A stretch of 64,000 bases of DNA from an uncultured Planctomycetota bacterium (GTDB lineage: Bacteria; Planctomycetota; Planctomycetia; Isosphaerales; Isosphaeraceae): assembly GCA_963845755.1 (NCBI GenBank), contig CAWJTV010000021.1, positions 1-64,000 on the forward strand, in the 5' to 3' direction. The notes below the pieces were generated by a model. That model was given only the letters and a program-made list of their open reading frames with translations, had not been told where the DNA came from and searched no databases. A program made the position numbers and the translations under genes. Below are positions 35,207 through 47,537 of the stretch, piece after piece. The stretch's first letter is position 1. Each line of letters starts with the position of its first letter.

Positions 35207-36729
35207 TCAAACAACGCCCTGCGCCGCGGATGATACCTGGCCGGCACCAGGACGCTTCGGCTGCAAGGGGATGCGGACCGTGAAGCGAGATCCTTGGCCC
35301 AGAGTGGATTGGACTTCGATGGTCCCGTGGTGCTCCTGGACGATCCCGTAGCTGATCGAGAGGCCCAGGCCGGTCCCCTCGCCCAGCGGCTTGGTGGTGA
35401 AGAACGGGTCGAAGATCCGTTCGCGGACGGCCGGCTCGATGCCGGAACCAGTGTCGGCGATCTCGAACCGGATTCCACCCCGCTCGGGATCGGTCCCGGT
35501 CCGCATCGTGACCGTGCCGTTGTTCCCGCAGGCGTCGATCGCATTCATCAATAAGTTGACTACGACTTGATGGAGCCTCGCGGCGCGGCAGCGGACCGGG
35601 GGCAAGGCACCCAGCTCCATAACGACCTTGACCCCGTGCTTACGGGCGTAGCCTTGGACCATGTTCACCGAGGATTCGATGCCGGGATTCAGGTCGACCT
35701 CGTTCCATTCCCCCTCGTCAACACGGGCGAACAGCCGGAGATCCTTGACGATCCGCTCGATCCGTCGCAGGCCCTCGCGGCTGCGCTCGAAGATCCTCGG
35801 CAGGTTCTCCAGGCAGTAATCCAGGTCGAGCTGCTCGGAAAGATGGGCGACCTGTTCTTCCAGGGGAGCCCGCTCTCCGTCGCGCGCATTCGCAAGACGA
35901 CGGTAGAGGCCGACGAGGGCGACGAGGTCGAGCAGGTCGCGTTCCAGCACGGCCACATTGTTGCTGACGAATGCAAGTGGATTGTTGATCTCGTGCGCCA
36001 CGCCGGCCACGAGCTGGCCGAGGCTGGCAAGTTTCTCGGTTTCCACCATCCGGCTCTGCGCCGCCTTGAGGGCGTCGTGGGCCTGGTGTTCCGATTCCGC
36101 CAGCTCCTGGAGCGTGACGTTCTGCTCCTTGAGCTTTTCTTCGGCGCTGCATGCGCTCGGTTACGTCCCAGAAGATGCCCTGAATACCGATGGCCACGCC
36201 GTCGGGGCCGAACAGCGGCGTTTTCATCGTCTGGACGTAGAGTTTCTCCCCCTTGGGCGTGACGTGCTGCTCGACGACGTCGAGGACCTTGCCACTCGCG
36301 ATGACCCGTTGATCGTCGGCGCGGTATTTTTCGGCGAGCTCGGGTGGGAAGAAATCGAGGTCGGTCTTTCCCTTGATCTGTTCCAGCGTCGTCCCGAGCT
36401 CCGCGCAGAACTTCTGGTTGGCGAACGTGAATCGGCCGTCGAGGTCCTTGCAGAGGATCATCTGGGGGATCGTCTCGACGAGCGAGTGATAGAAGACCTC
36501 GGTCTGGCGCAAGGCGCTCGGCCCGGCGCCGCTGCGATGCCTGGGCACGAAGCAGGGAGAAGCGGTTGACGCGTCGTGCCCGCCAGGAGCGGAGCCGGAC
36601 CAGGGCGAGTGCACCAATTGTCATCCCCAGCGCCACGGCCCCGGCGACGAACGGCCATGTTGCATCTGCGGGCCATGGCAGCGCCCCGTGCGCGACCTGC
36701 GTCAATCCTGGGACGGCAAGTAACATCAA
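35207..36729 (-). CDS. PAS-domain sensor histidine kinase, NtrB-like (frameshifts at ~36545 and ~36145)
   Basis: TM N-terminus, PAS ([11 protein letters not shown]...GIFWDVTER), [23 protein letters not shown]1/F/G2 boxes. Confidence 0.87.
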
Positions 36730-36736
36730 GGTGAGC

Positions 36737-37826
36737 CTACCCTGTGAATTCGTCCGGCCGCGCGACGCCGTCTCCGCGCGCCGCGGACCGGACGGCCTCG
36801 CAGAGCGCGATCGTCTTGAGATTGTCCCGACCGGAGATGTCCGGCGCCTTGCCCGTTTCCAGGGCCTTCAGCAGACCTCCCATCGTACCGGCAAATGCGT
36901 CCGGGAACCAGTTCGCCGACGATCGCGGTCGGTGCCAGGCACCCTGGTTGCGGATCGTCGTATAGTCGATCGTGCTCGGCACCCGATCCGGCCACGAGGG
37001 CCAGCCGATCTCGCCGAGAGCCATTCCCTCGGTCCCTTCGAAACGCCATCTCACGGTCGCGTTCGACCCCGCTCCCTCGCGCCGGCCCCGACCAGACGTC
37101 GTCCCAGCCCGACGCACGCGCGCCGTTCTCATACTCGAGGATATATAAATTGATTCCGTCTTCGTGGGGAAACGGGGTTCTCGGATCGGGACGCGTGCTC
37201 GCCAGCACCCGGAGCGGATCGCCGAGCCAGTATCGGAATGTGTCCAGGTGGTGGATGCTCATGACGAACGTGGAGAGGGACCGCCCCTCTCGCGCCCAGG
37301 GCATCCAGTGGGGGATCGCGCGCAGCTCGATCGTCGCCAGCACCGGTCGGCCCAGTTCACCGCGGTCGAGCAGCGTCTTCAAGGCCCTCACCGAGGGATC
37401 ATACCGCATGTTCTGGTTGACCTGGAGGACCACGCCGGCGAGTTCGCACGTGTTGACGATCGTCGCGGCCTCGGCATACGACATTGCCAGCGGCTTCTGG
37501 GCCAGGATGCCCCGCATGCGGCGAGGATGAGCGAGAATCCGCCGGATGACGGCCGGTTGAGCGTTGGGCGGCACCGCGACGTCCACGACTTCGATCGCCG
37601 GGTCGTCGAGCATTTCCTCTAGCGATGGGTAGACCTTCGAGATTTGCCGCAGAGCGGCGACTTCGCGCGCGGCCTCGATGGTCCGCGAGGTGATCCCGGC
37701 GACGCGGAACCCGGCATCCGCGTAGGCCACCAGGTGGCAATCGCGGACGATGAACCCCGCGCCAACGACGCCGATGCCGATGTTGCATTTGGGGAGATCG
37801 TGTGTATCGGTTTCCTCGACGGGCAT
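36737..37826 (-). CDS. Gfo/Idh/MocA family oxidoreductase (frameshift near 37080)
   Basis: IGVVGAGFIV Rossmann motif, LAQKPL, VNQNMRY, SIHHLD; C-terminal FEGTEG...DNLKTIALCEA. Confidence 0.87.
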
Positions 37827-37859
37827 TCAAACTCGTCCGATCCAGGTTCAAGCGGCAGG

Positions 37860-38817
37860 TCACGCCCGGGGCCGGGAGAATTCGGGACTGTCACCGTTCG
37901 TTGATACAACGCTGTTGGCGCGATGTCCAGGGGTTGCCACATCAGGTGGCAAGAGCAACTCGTGGCCTTCCGCCGCGCCGAACGGTCGAAACCATCTCAC
38001 GAATTCGTCTTCGACGGACCGACGATGAACCGCGCGGTGCGATTCGCGCCATGGCGAGCAACGGCGCGGCAATCCCGAATGCGGCGACGCCGTTCTGCCA
38101 GAGGGTCAGCCAGATCGAGGGAGACCCGATCGCCAGCGCCGCCATGACGGTCAACCCAAGCAACACGACGTGAGGTTCGCACGCCTTGTAGGCCGGCCAC
38201 GTGATTGCGGCGAGGCCCCGGTGCGGCCAGGCGGCGGGCGGCTGAGGCCGGCCGCCGGCACCACCATCGATGCGGTAGCTTCCCGTCGCGGCCTTGAGCC
38301 GCTGGAAGAACGCCTTGTAGCGGCAGTCGTTGTGGAGGCTCAAGAGCGACCAGCCGATGCCGATCGCGAAGCCGGCGATCGACCAGCGAGGGTCTCCCGA
38401 TCGCGCCGACAGGCCATAACCCAGCGCGAAGCCCATCGCCAGGTTCGCAGCGTGATGCATGAGGTAATCGAGGTAGACGCCATCCAGACTCGCCGTCCCG
38501 CGCCAGCGGGCGACCTGGCCGTCGACATGGTCGAGCCAGAACGCCAGGTGCGCTAGCGCAACGCCCACGACGAACATCCACTGTTCGCCCGTGCCGATGG
38601 CCAGGGCCGCCGCGAGCGATGACAGCCAGGCCGCCGCGGTCACCTGGTGCGCGGAGAGTCCCAGCCGGATGGCCAGCCAGCAGCCATAGACGGCGCTCGG
38701 CCGGGCGACCCGGCGCGCTAGCCAGTTGCCGATCTCATGGTGCCGGCCTTTCTGGACGCATCCCCTCAGCTCGGCGAGCGTCGGCCGACTGAGCCTCTCG
38801 TTCATCGTGATCGTCAT
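37860..38817 (-). CDS. CDP-alcohol phosphatidyltransferase family protein (C-terminal frameshift at ~38040)
   Basis: GLSAHQVT and DHVDGQVAR-x8-G-x3-D signature; several TM helices. Confidence 0.85.
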
Positions 38818-40705
38818 CGTGTGGGACCTTGCGCGGGATGGGATGCCAGGCGATTATTCGAAAGGTCATAGATCGCATAGCGGCGGAGGACGCCGTCGCC
38901 GTCGGTCAAGTCTTCGCGATAGACCGGAACCCGGCCGGCCAGCCAGGGGGCCAGCAGACAGCCAAGGGTCGGGTCGAACTCGATCGCCGTCTCGGGGACC
39001 GGCGGGCAGAGCATCAGGTGGGTGAACCCGGATTCCCGGAGCCGAGCGACGATCTCCGCGGACGACTCGCCATGGCGGCCCAAGCCGGTCCTGCGGCGGT
39101 GGGCCAGCTCCATCGTGTAAGGACGCGGGATATAAAAGCCCCGATGGTCCTGTCCGATCAGGTGAGCCGTCGCGGGCAGGTTTCGCCCGGCCCATCGCCC
39201 CACGACGTAGGTCGGCTCGCGACGCGCCAGCAACGACTCGGCTGATTCGCGCCCCGCCACCAGGCCCAGCATGTGGCGGCTCCGCGCCAGGGCCAGGCCC
39301 GCCTCGAGTCCCAGTGCTGCCAGCAGGACTCCCATCAACAACCGCGCCGGCACCGTCCTTCGATCGCACCAGGCGCTGGCGCCTTGTGCTACAGCGATGG
39401 CCAATGGTCCCAGCGCGATCAGGACGAACCGCATGCTCTGTCTCTGCGTCAGGCAGAGCATCAGGAAGAGATATGCCAGCGCCGCCAGGCCGAGCACGCG
39501 ACGCGGCAATCGCTCCATCAGGGCCACCGGGAGGAAGAGCAGGAAGATCGGTCCGAACTGGTGCGAGAAGCTGTCGAAGCGGTCGGGCTGGAGGGTGAGC
39601 GGGCCCAGGGCCAGGAGCAGCTTCCACGGAGTGACGGCCAGAGGCCGCTTGATCGGGTCGAGCACTTCATCCAGTCCCGCCCCACCGAAGACCTGCCGGA
39701 AGAATGGATAGACGGGGTTGCCGGTGTGAAGATACGCCCGCAAGTACCAGCAGCCTCCCACCGCAATCGCGACCGCGGCATAGATCGCCGTCAACGCCAG
39801 CCACGACCGGCGCGGGTGCATGTCCCCTTTCGGACGCTCTCGCAGGCGCTGAAACGCCGTCGCCGCGACCAGCAGGACAAAGAGGATGAGCGCCGGGTAC
39901 TTCACGCCGGCCGCCAGCCCGGCGAAGACCCCCGCGACGGCCGCCGCCGCAATGCTCGGCCGGTCCAACAGCCGAACCCAGGCGAAGACCGCGGCCGTCC
40001 CGAATGCAGCCAGCGCCACGTCGTTGAGCGGGGCCGACATCCCATTGGAGACCGCCGGGGCTAGCAAAACGATCGCGCCGGCCCACCAGGCTCGGCGACC
40101 CAGGCTCGGCCGCGCCAGCGCCGTCAGATTGGCGAACCACGCGAGTCCGAGCGCCACTGGATCCATCGGCATGCGACCGGCCCTCGAAACTCGAGCGCCG
40201 GCAGGTAGGTCAGCTCCGTCACCAGAGGATAGACCGTCTCATGCAGGTCGGGGTCGAACCCGACGGCCCGATGCATGAGGAATTCCTTTGGCACCTGGAG
40301 GTGATAGCATAGCGCATCGCCGTCGGTCACCGGGCCGGCCGCGACGAGGGCCGTCCCGAGAAGGACCGTTCCCAGGCAGGACGCCAGTACACGGCTCGCG
40401 GTCGATCGGTCGCGTTCCTCGGCACGATCGCAAATCCACCCCCATAGCTCCCGGAGGAGCCGGACTGCCGGGCCGACGCCCATCTCCATCCACACTGCTA
40501 GCAAGACCGACAATCCCAGTCCGTTCAACCAGCCCAGTTCACCCAGCACGAGCGTCCCCAGGGCCATCAGGCCCATGCCGAGCGGCAGCGCCAGGGCGAT
40601 CGCCTCCAGCGGATGCTCCGGCGCCTGACCGGCTCGGTCGAGGATCCGTTTGCCGGTTCCCAGGGAGATCAACGCCAGGAAGATCGCAAAGAGCAGGTCG
40701 ATCAT
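38814..40705 (-). CDS. Polytopic ArnT/PMT-like (GT39/GT-C) glycosyltransferase (frameshift at ~40150)
   Basis: DGDALCYHL..P, LNDVALA, GVKY and WYLRAYLHTGNPVYPFF; more than 10 TM segments. Confidence 0.75.
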
Positions 40706-40759
40706 GCCGTGGAGAGTGGGGAGTGGAGATTGGAGAGTCGATAGTGGCCACGCTCGCCA

Positions 40760-41471
40760 CTACCCGAGCACAGCGACGCAGAACTGCGAAGACCGGGGAT
40801 CAGGGTCCACGGGGATCGGTCCGGATTCGCCCAGGGGGATTCCTTGCGCGATACCAGGCGGAAATATCATAGCCGTAACGGTTATAGCTGCGGCTCGTCT
40901 CCTCGTTATGGGCTGCGAACCGCCGGGCGACGCGGAGGATCTCCTTGCGGATCCGTTCAGCGGCCGGCGGCGGATTATGCAGGATGACCGCCGAGGTGAC
41001 GACCAAGTCGAAGGAATCGTCGGGGAATGGCAGGCATTCGCCGCAGCCCAGGAGCAGCGCGATGGAGTCGTCGCCGCCCAGGTAATCGCGAGCGAGCTGC
41101 AACTGCGTGGGACTGAAGTCAATACCCGTCAAGGGGATGTCGAGCCGATCGCGGATCTCGCGCAAGAGCTTGCCGTACCCGCAGCCGACTTCCAGGACGG
41201 AGCGCGGTTGATAGCCAACCAGCCGCTCGGCGATCCACTCGGCACGCCGGCTCCGTGCCGGCTGGCCCTCTTGTTCCCGAAAATAATCATCCCCGCCACG
41301 GAGTGTCCAATAACGGCGGGGGTCGGCGTATAACCAGCGTCGTTTCCAGGCAGGCCAGCGGCCGAGGCTCCGTCGGAGTAGCTTGTGCCAGGCATACTGG
41401 GCGCCGCGAGTCCGCCAGGCTCTCCAGGCGCGAGTGGGGAGGGCGGGATACGAGCGAACGTTCAGGTCCAT
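40760..41471 (-). CDS. Class I SAM-dependent methyltransferase (frameshift at ~40845)
   Basis: VLEVGCGYG, GIDFS and LPFPDDSFDLV motifs; the C-terminus continues as GIPLGESGPIP...CVAVLG. Confidence 0.85.
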
Positions 41472-41897
41472 GGTACCTTCCCTGGTAAACCGATGTTCCC
41501 GGGCGCATCGCGAACGGGTCGAGGCGAAATGATGAAAGACGGGATCGGCGCATCGGAAAGCCCCACCGCGGATGGGCAGGCGACGAGTCATCGCCGCCGG
41601 GAGTCTACGGGGCCGACGCCTTGCGGTCAAGGCGGTCTGATCGGCACGCGTCCCGAGGGGGCGCCCGCGCGGGAATGAAAGCGCGTCAACGGGGCGGGGC
41701 GGGGCGGGTGACGCGATCCATTGCCCCATACCACGGGCTGGGTTACGAGCGATCGCCGACGCGGCCATCGGATCGACTTACGCCCGGGCGGTTCGCGACG
41801 TATAATGAATTCGATAGGTACGATACGGTCGTCGTTCGTCCGGAGCCTTGGGGGATTGGCGGTAAATCGGCACCAGCGGGAAAGGACTTGCCTGAAT

Positions 41898-42461
41898 ATG
41901 GGCGTGAGTTCCGGGCGATCGCGGGTCGCCGACCTATCGTTTCAGGTCTTTCATCGCTCCCTGCATCCCGAGTGGTTCGCCACGCGGGCGTTTCGCCGAG
42001 TCGAGCGACAGGGCTGGGGGGCGGACCTCCGGATCACCGAGGGGGGACATGTCGTCCTGTTTCGCTCTGGTACCATCGGACTCACAGAGATCCTGTCCGG
42101 TCCCGAGACGGTCTTGCCCGAGGCCGGCCTGCTCTTCCACTGTCATCCTCGCCACGAACGATCCACCCACTTGCGTCCCGGAGGCCTGATCGACTATCAG
42201 AGTTGCGTCGAGGTCGAGCGGGTGGACCTCGAGATCTTCCGCCACCTTTGCGAGGAGATGACCCTAGACGCGTCCCAGGACTCGCTCTTCCACCGCTACC
42301 GTTCGGCCAATCGCTTCGCCCCGCCGCCGATCACCCATATCCACATCGATGTCCGAGCCGGCGGGCTTGCGATCCAGTCGTTCCACACCTTTCCCGATGA
42401 GTGCGCCATCGTGCGGACCCAATCCCTGTTCGAGCTGACGTCGTCGCTCTCCAAGCGTTGA
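41898..42461 (+). CDS. DUF2617 family protein
   Basis: FHRSLHPEWF ... SFHTFPDECAIVRTQSLFE. Confidence 0.75.
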   Translation: MGVSSGRSRVADLSFQVFHRSLHPEWFATRAFRRVERQGWGADLRITEGGHVVLFRSGTIGLTEILSGPETVLPEAGLLFHCHPRHERSTHLRPGGLIDYQSCVEVERVDLEIFRHLCEEMTLDASQDSLFHRYRSANRFAPPPITHIHIDVRAGGLAIQSFHTFPDECAIVRTQSLFELTSSLSKR

Positions 42462-43030
42462 GCCGGACTGATCGCGCCTACCGGGAGAATCACGGAAGAT
42501 GGTTCACCAAAAAGGTGTCTCGAGTCGTCGCTTCGTAGCGGTCCCCCCGGTTGGACGAAGTCTGTCATGGCACCGAGTCGATTCGCTCCGCCGAAATTGG
42601 GACGCCGCGACTCGGCGCGTCGATAAAACGTCCGTTGGCCTCGGAGCGGACGCCGCGTCGCCCGGAATCTACCTGTCGCCGAGAGATGGACGGCGCCTCG
42701 CGTTCCAGTCGCCAGGAGGTATCGGATCTGTTCAGATGGATATCAAAGACACATAAGGAGATCGGTTTGAGCCGTCTGCGAGGACTCCACGGGAGAAAAA
42801 TCGGTGAAAGTTTCAAAAAAAATCGTGCGGGGTTGGCAGCGATCCTAAGTGATGGCTGGATCACGCGCCGGTAGTGCCATACCAGCGTCGTGAATGGTGG
42901 AATGTCGGGCCGAAAGAGAGATTTCGATTGGCGTCACCGGGGCAGGCGGTTATCTTTCGGTTCGTTTGGCCGAGTCGAAATCGCCCCCCGATTCGGGTGT
43001 GCGGTTTGGCATCCGAGGAGCACTGCCACG

Positions 43031-44215
43031 ATGCCTCATCTGTCTCGAGTTGATCGTGTTCGAGGGTGCTTGCTGGGCTTAGCCGTGGGGGACGCCTTGG
43101 GCGCCCCTCTGGAGGGGCTGAGTTCCCAGCAAATCCAATCGCACTACGGTCGCGTGAGAAACTACGTCGATGGAGTCCAAGCATGGAAACGGAAGCCGTA
43201 CCGATGGCGGTTGAGGGGGCTGTATTCCGATGATACACAGCAGGCCCTCGCGTTGTGCGACGTGCTGATCGACCATCAACGCGTGGACCCGGAGCGGCTG
43301 GCCGATATCTACCTGGCGCTGGCGACTCCCAAAGGTTCGTTCGTCGGCGCCCACCGGGGCGTGGGCCGGAGCTTCCGCCAGGTCCTCGCCGCGCTGGAGC
43401 GGGGAGTGCCGGCGCATCTGGCCGGGCAGACGACCGCCGGCATCGGAGCGGCGATGCGCATTGCGCCGGTGCCCCTGTTCTTCGGTGATGAGCTGGACGC
43501 GCTGTTCCGCTCGGTGATGGCCGCCAGCCTGATGACCCACCGCGATATCCGGAGTTTGAGCGGCGCCTTGGCCGTCGCCCACGCGGTCCGCCGCCTGGTC
43601 GCCGCGGAGCCACGCGAACCCAGCTTGCTGCTGTGGGTGGCATCCGATCTGGTCAAGGACGAGAAACGCATTGCGACGGATCACGGCAACCTGGTGATCA
43701 AGCTCGGCAAGCATGGAGGAAGTCTATCGCGGACCCTCGCCCATGCCGAATCCCTGCTCGATTCGCCCCGAGAACGGGTCCTGGCGGCGCTCGTCGATGA
43801 GGCCAATCGTCACGGTGCGGAACCGTCGTGCAAACGCCCTACCCAAGGGTTTCCACCCGCCTGCATCCCGACCTGCTTCTATCTCCTCTTGACCACCGAC
43901 AGCTTCGAGGAAGCCGTCACGGATGTCGTGAACCTCGGCGGCGACGCCGATACCGCAGGGGCCATCCTCGGCGCCATGGCCGGCGCCGATTACGGAGCCG
44001 AGGCGATCCCCAAGCGATGGCTCGATGGACTCCAGAACCGCGATGGGATCGAGGCCCGAGCCCTGGCCCTGGCGAAGCGATCCGGGGCCGGAATCCAGAT
44101 CCCCGACCTGATCGCCACCGAACACGAATTGACTCGAAAGGAAGGCGCGATTCTCGAGCAGTTCATGTCGTTCGCTCGCGACGGCGGTGATCGCGGCGCC
44201 AACCACGTGCTCTGA
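43031..44215 (+). CDS. ADP-ribosylglycohydrolase (DraG/ARH family)
   Basis: GLAVGDALGAPLE, YSDDTQ, GAAMRIAP, LMTH and GGDADTAGAILGA. Confidence 0.92.
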   Translation: MPHLSRVDRVRGCLLGLAVGDALGAPLEGLSSQQIQSHYGRVRNYVDGVQAWKRKPYRWRLRGLYSDDTQQALALCDVLIDHQRVDPERLADIYLALATPKGSFVGAHRGVGRSFRQVLAALERGVPAHLAGQTTAGIGAAMRIAPVPLFFGDELDALFRSVMAASLMTHRDIRSLSGALAVAHAVRRLVAAEPREPSLLLWVASDLVKDEKRIATDHGNLVIKLGKHGGSLSRTLAHAESLLDSPRERVLAALVDEANRHGAEPSCKRPTQGFPPACIPTCFYLLLTTDSFEEAVTDVVNLGGDADTAGAILGAMAGADYGAEAIPKRWLDGLQNRDGIEARALALAKRSGAGIQIPDLIATEHELTRKEGAILEQFMSFARDGGDRGANHVL

Positions 44216-44617
44216 CCCCGAAGTCTTAGCGAGGGCTCCGGCCAAGCCGCTGTCTTAGAAGCCGTGAACGCCTCAGTTCCCGAATCACGGATTCCCGGGA
44301 CAGTGGACGTAAATCTCAGGATCTCTGGGCATTACGTTCATTGTACTCGGAATCTTCGATTCCGCGCTTTCCCGTTTTTTCCGGGAGGCGATTGTTGCCC
44401 TGGAGCATCCCTGGCCGCTGCGCATTCAGGTCGTACCTTTTCGGGGGCGGGATCTTGGGGTAAACTACAAGCAACTTCCGAGAACACATGCGTCCTACGG
44501 GAGGTCCGGCGGTCGCCGAGCCGTCATATCCCAATCACCCTGGGAGTCCGGTGAATCGGTTGCATCCCACCGGCTTGCGCGGCTCATGGCTCCGGACTTC
44601 TGGGAGACCGCTCGCCG

Positions 44618-45143
44618 ATGAGTCGGATCAGTCGCGACCGGATCCGGAGGCTGCTCGACGAGGCCGAGGGCTACTTGATGCTCGACCTTCCCGCACGCGC
44701 CGTGGAGATCCTCGACAGCCGGTCGGATTGGGCGACCATGCAGTTCGAGGCCAGCTTGCTCAAAGGGGAAGCCCTTCGCTGCCTGGACCGTTATCGCGAG
44801 GCCCTCAAGCCGCTGGAAATCGCCGCGGCCTTGAAACCCAGCGACACGCGCGGTCGCACTAGCACTGGGCTGGTGCTACAAGCGCACTAATCGGCTCGCG
44901 CAGGCCATCGACTCGCTCCAGCGCGCGCTCCGGGCCCATGCCGACGAGCCCCTTCTGCACTACAACCTGGCTTGCTACTGGAGTCTGGCAGGCAACAGCG
45001 CCAAGGCACTCAACGCGCTCGCCACCGCGCTCGACCTGGATCCGGACCTGCGTTCCCTCATCGCCGAGGAGTCCGACTTCGATCAACTCCGCGGCAATCC
45101 GGAATTCGACCGTCTCGTCCTCGGCTCCGCGCCTTTGACGTGA
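44618..45143 (+). CDS. TPR-repeat protein (frameshift at ~44858)
   Basis: EAEGYLML; the shifted frame gives ALGWCYKR...HYNLACYWSL...ESDFDQLRGNPEF. Confidence 0.85.
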
Positions 45144-45204
45144 CGGATTCGCTCTCGGTCCTCAACCGCTTCTCTAGCCAGGCTTTCCCGCCGGACGCGA
45201 TGTC

Positions 45205-45533
45205 CTAGACCTCGTCCAGGATTCGCTGTGTGATCTCGCGTTCGCAGATCTTGCACCACTTCCAGTGGCGCCTGCCGACCATGTCCTCCAGGTACTTGAC
45301 TGCCACGCGAATGGAGCGGAACCAGATTTTGGTCTCCGTCTCGCCGACCTTCTCCAATTTCGAGCAGCGGGCGAAGTGGAGCAAGTTTGGCCGGGGAGCG
45401 GGAGGCGTTGCGTTTGCCGTTGGACTCTGCGAGAGTTCCGTGGAAAATGAATCCGATGGCTTCCAATCGCGACTCGGAGAAATCCTCGGCTGTTCTGGAT
45501 CGTACGGACGCCTGGAACCTCTTGCATCAGCAT
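45205..45533 (-). CDS. Hypothetical ~110-aa protein with H-x3-C...C-x2-C motif (reconstructed across two indels)
   Basis: Joined frames read MLMQEVPGVRTIQ-TAEDFSESRLEAIGFIFHGTL...-LLHFARCSKLEKVGETETKIWF...WKWCKICEREITQRILDEV*. Confidence 0.55.
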
Positions 45534-45890
45534 GAAGGTTTCCCCCATCGATCGACTTTCTCCGTTTGAATCATAAATGATAGTTTAACCAAATCCCCTC
45601 ACGGCCGCAAGACGAAGACCGAGAAAGTCGTCCCCGGACCGGTCGTGGCCGATCGAGATCGGGTCGCCGACCGGGTTCCGGGATGATCGGGCGTGTTGGC
45701 CGGTGTAGAATCGTCTCAGGGAGGAATTCGTGCACAGCGCATCCGGGAATCCTCGATTCGACATTCAAGATTCAACCTTCAAGATGGAAGCGCTCCCGGG
45801 TTCTGGAATCTTGAAGCTCGGAACTTGAATTCCGCTTGGGTTGCGGCAAGGTCGCATGAGGGCTTCCGTCGCAGGAGAAGGGCGTGCCGC

Positions 45891-47535
45891 GTGATTCGAG
45901 AAACGGTCGGTCATCTCCGCGACCTGCCGCGCTACCGGCAGATATTGACCACCTTGATGCGGTACGGCTATCAGGACGTGGTCGCTGCGCTGCACCTGGA
46001 GGGTCTGGTGCGGCCGATCGAGCGGGTGGCGCTGGGGGAAGGCGTCCCGCCCCAGGACCGTGCGCGGCGACTGCGACTGGTCTGCGAGGATCTGGGGCCG
46101 ACGTTCGTGAAGCTTGGCCAACTGCTGAGCACACGGCCGGACTTGCTTCCGGAGTCGTATGTCAACGAGCTGGCAGGGTCTGCGCGACGACGTCCGCCCG
46201 TTCCCGTTCGACCAGGTCGAGAAGATCCTGAGAGAGGAGTATGGTCGTCCGACCTCGGAGCTCTTCGCGTCGATCGACCCGATCCCGGTCGCCTCCGCGT
46301 CGATCTCCCAGGTCCATCGGGCGGTCCTCCGGGACGGCCGGACCATTGCTCTGAAGGTCCGGCGGCCGGAGATCGTCAAGGTCGTGCAGGCCGACCTGGA
46401 TATCATCAAGAACCTGGCGCACCTGCTGGAACGCCGGTTGCCGATGCTGGCAGCCTATCGTCCCGCCGGCCTGGCGCGCGAGTTCGAACGCACCTTGAAG
46501 CGCGAGCTTGATTTCTCGGCCGAACGCCGGACCATGCAGCGCTGTCGCATCCAGTTCGCCAGCGATCCGACGGCCCACATCCCGTTGGTCTTCGAGGAAT
46601 TCTCGACGTCGCGCGTGATCGCCATGGAATTCATCGCCGGCGTTGCGATCAACGATCTGGAGGGGATCCGCTCCCTCGGAGCAAACCCCGCCGACATCGC
46701 CGTGACCGGCGCGCGGATCCTGCTCAAGCAGATCTTCGAGCTGGGTTTCTTCCACGCCGATCCCCACCCGGGGAATCTCCGCGTGCTGTCGGGCGGGGTC
46801 ATCGCCCCGCTCGACTACGGCATGTTCGGGCGGCTCGACGGAGTGACCCGGGAACGGATCGCCGATCTCCTGATCGGCTTGCTCGCCCAGGACACCGATC
46901 GCGTCCTTCGGGCGCTCGATGGGCTCGATGTCCGCGGCGAGCCGCTGGACCCCCGAGGATTTCACCGCGACCTCGGCGAGCTGGTCGCCTCCTATTCCGA
47001 GCTGAACCTCAAGACGATCGCGCTGGGCCCGCTGCTCCGCGAACTAATCGGGTTCGTCCGCGCCCACCACCTGCACATCCCGCCGGAGTTGGTCCTGCTG
47101 GTCCGATCGCTGGTCACCATCGAGGGCGTCGGACGCCATCTCGATCCTCAGTTCGACATCGCGCGCGAGCTCGAGCCGTTCCTGCGCACACTGGCCGCGC
47201 GACGATTCCATCCCTATCGGATCCTCAGCCAGACGATTCGCACCACTGAAGATCTGCGCCGCATCGCCACCCTCTTGCCCGACTTGCTCAGCCAGTCCCT
47301 GGATTCGATCAAGCGCGGCGAGATGAGGGTCCATTTCGACCTTCATGGCTTCGGACGGCTGGTGCGTCAGCTCACGCGGGCCAGCAATACCCTGGCGGTC
47401 GGCATCATCATCGCCGGCCTGTCCGTCGCCTCGGCTCTGGTCCTCCGCGACGGGCCGGCCCCGCTGGCATACACGGGCTTCATCCTCGCCGCCGTCCTCG
47501 GCCTCTGGCTGGTCTGGAACATGTCTCGCGGTTGA
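45891..47535 (+). CDS. ABC1/UbiB/AarF atypical kinase (frameshift at ~46178)
   Basis: LGPTFVKLGQLLSTRPD, ASASISQVHRA, LKV, ELDF, FFHADPHPGN and LDYGM; two C-terminal TMs. Confidence 0.92.
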
Positions 47536-47537
47536 AT

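Noticed and set aside
45174..45548. ORF-track proteins 45174-45548 and 45083-45466 as separate genes
   Set aside because: They are better explained as pieces of a single indel-broken gene at 45205-45533.
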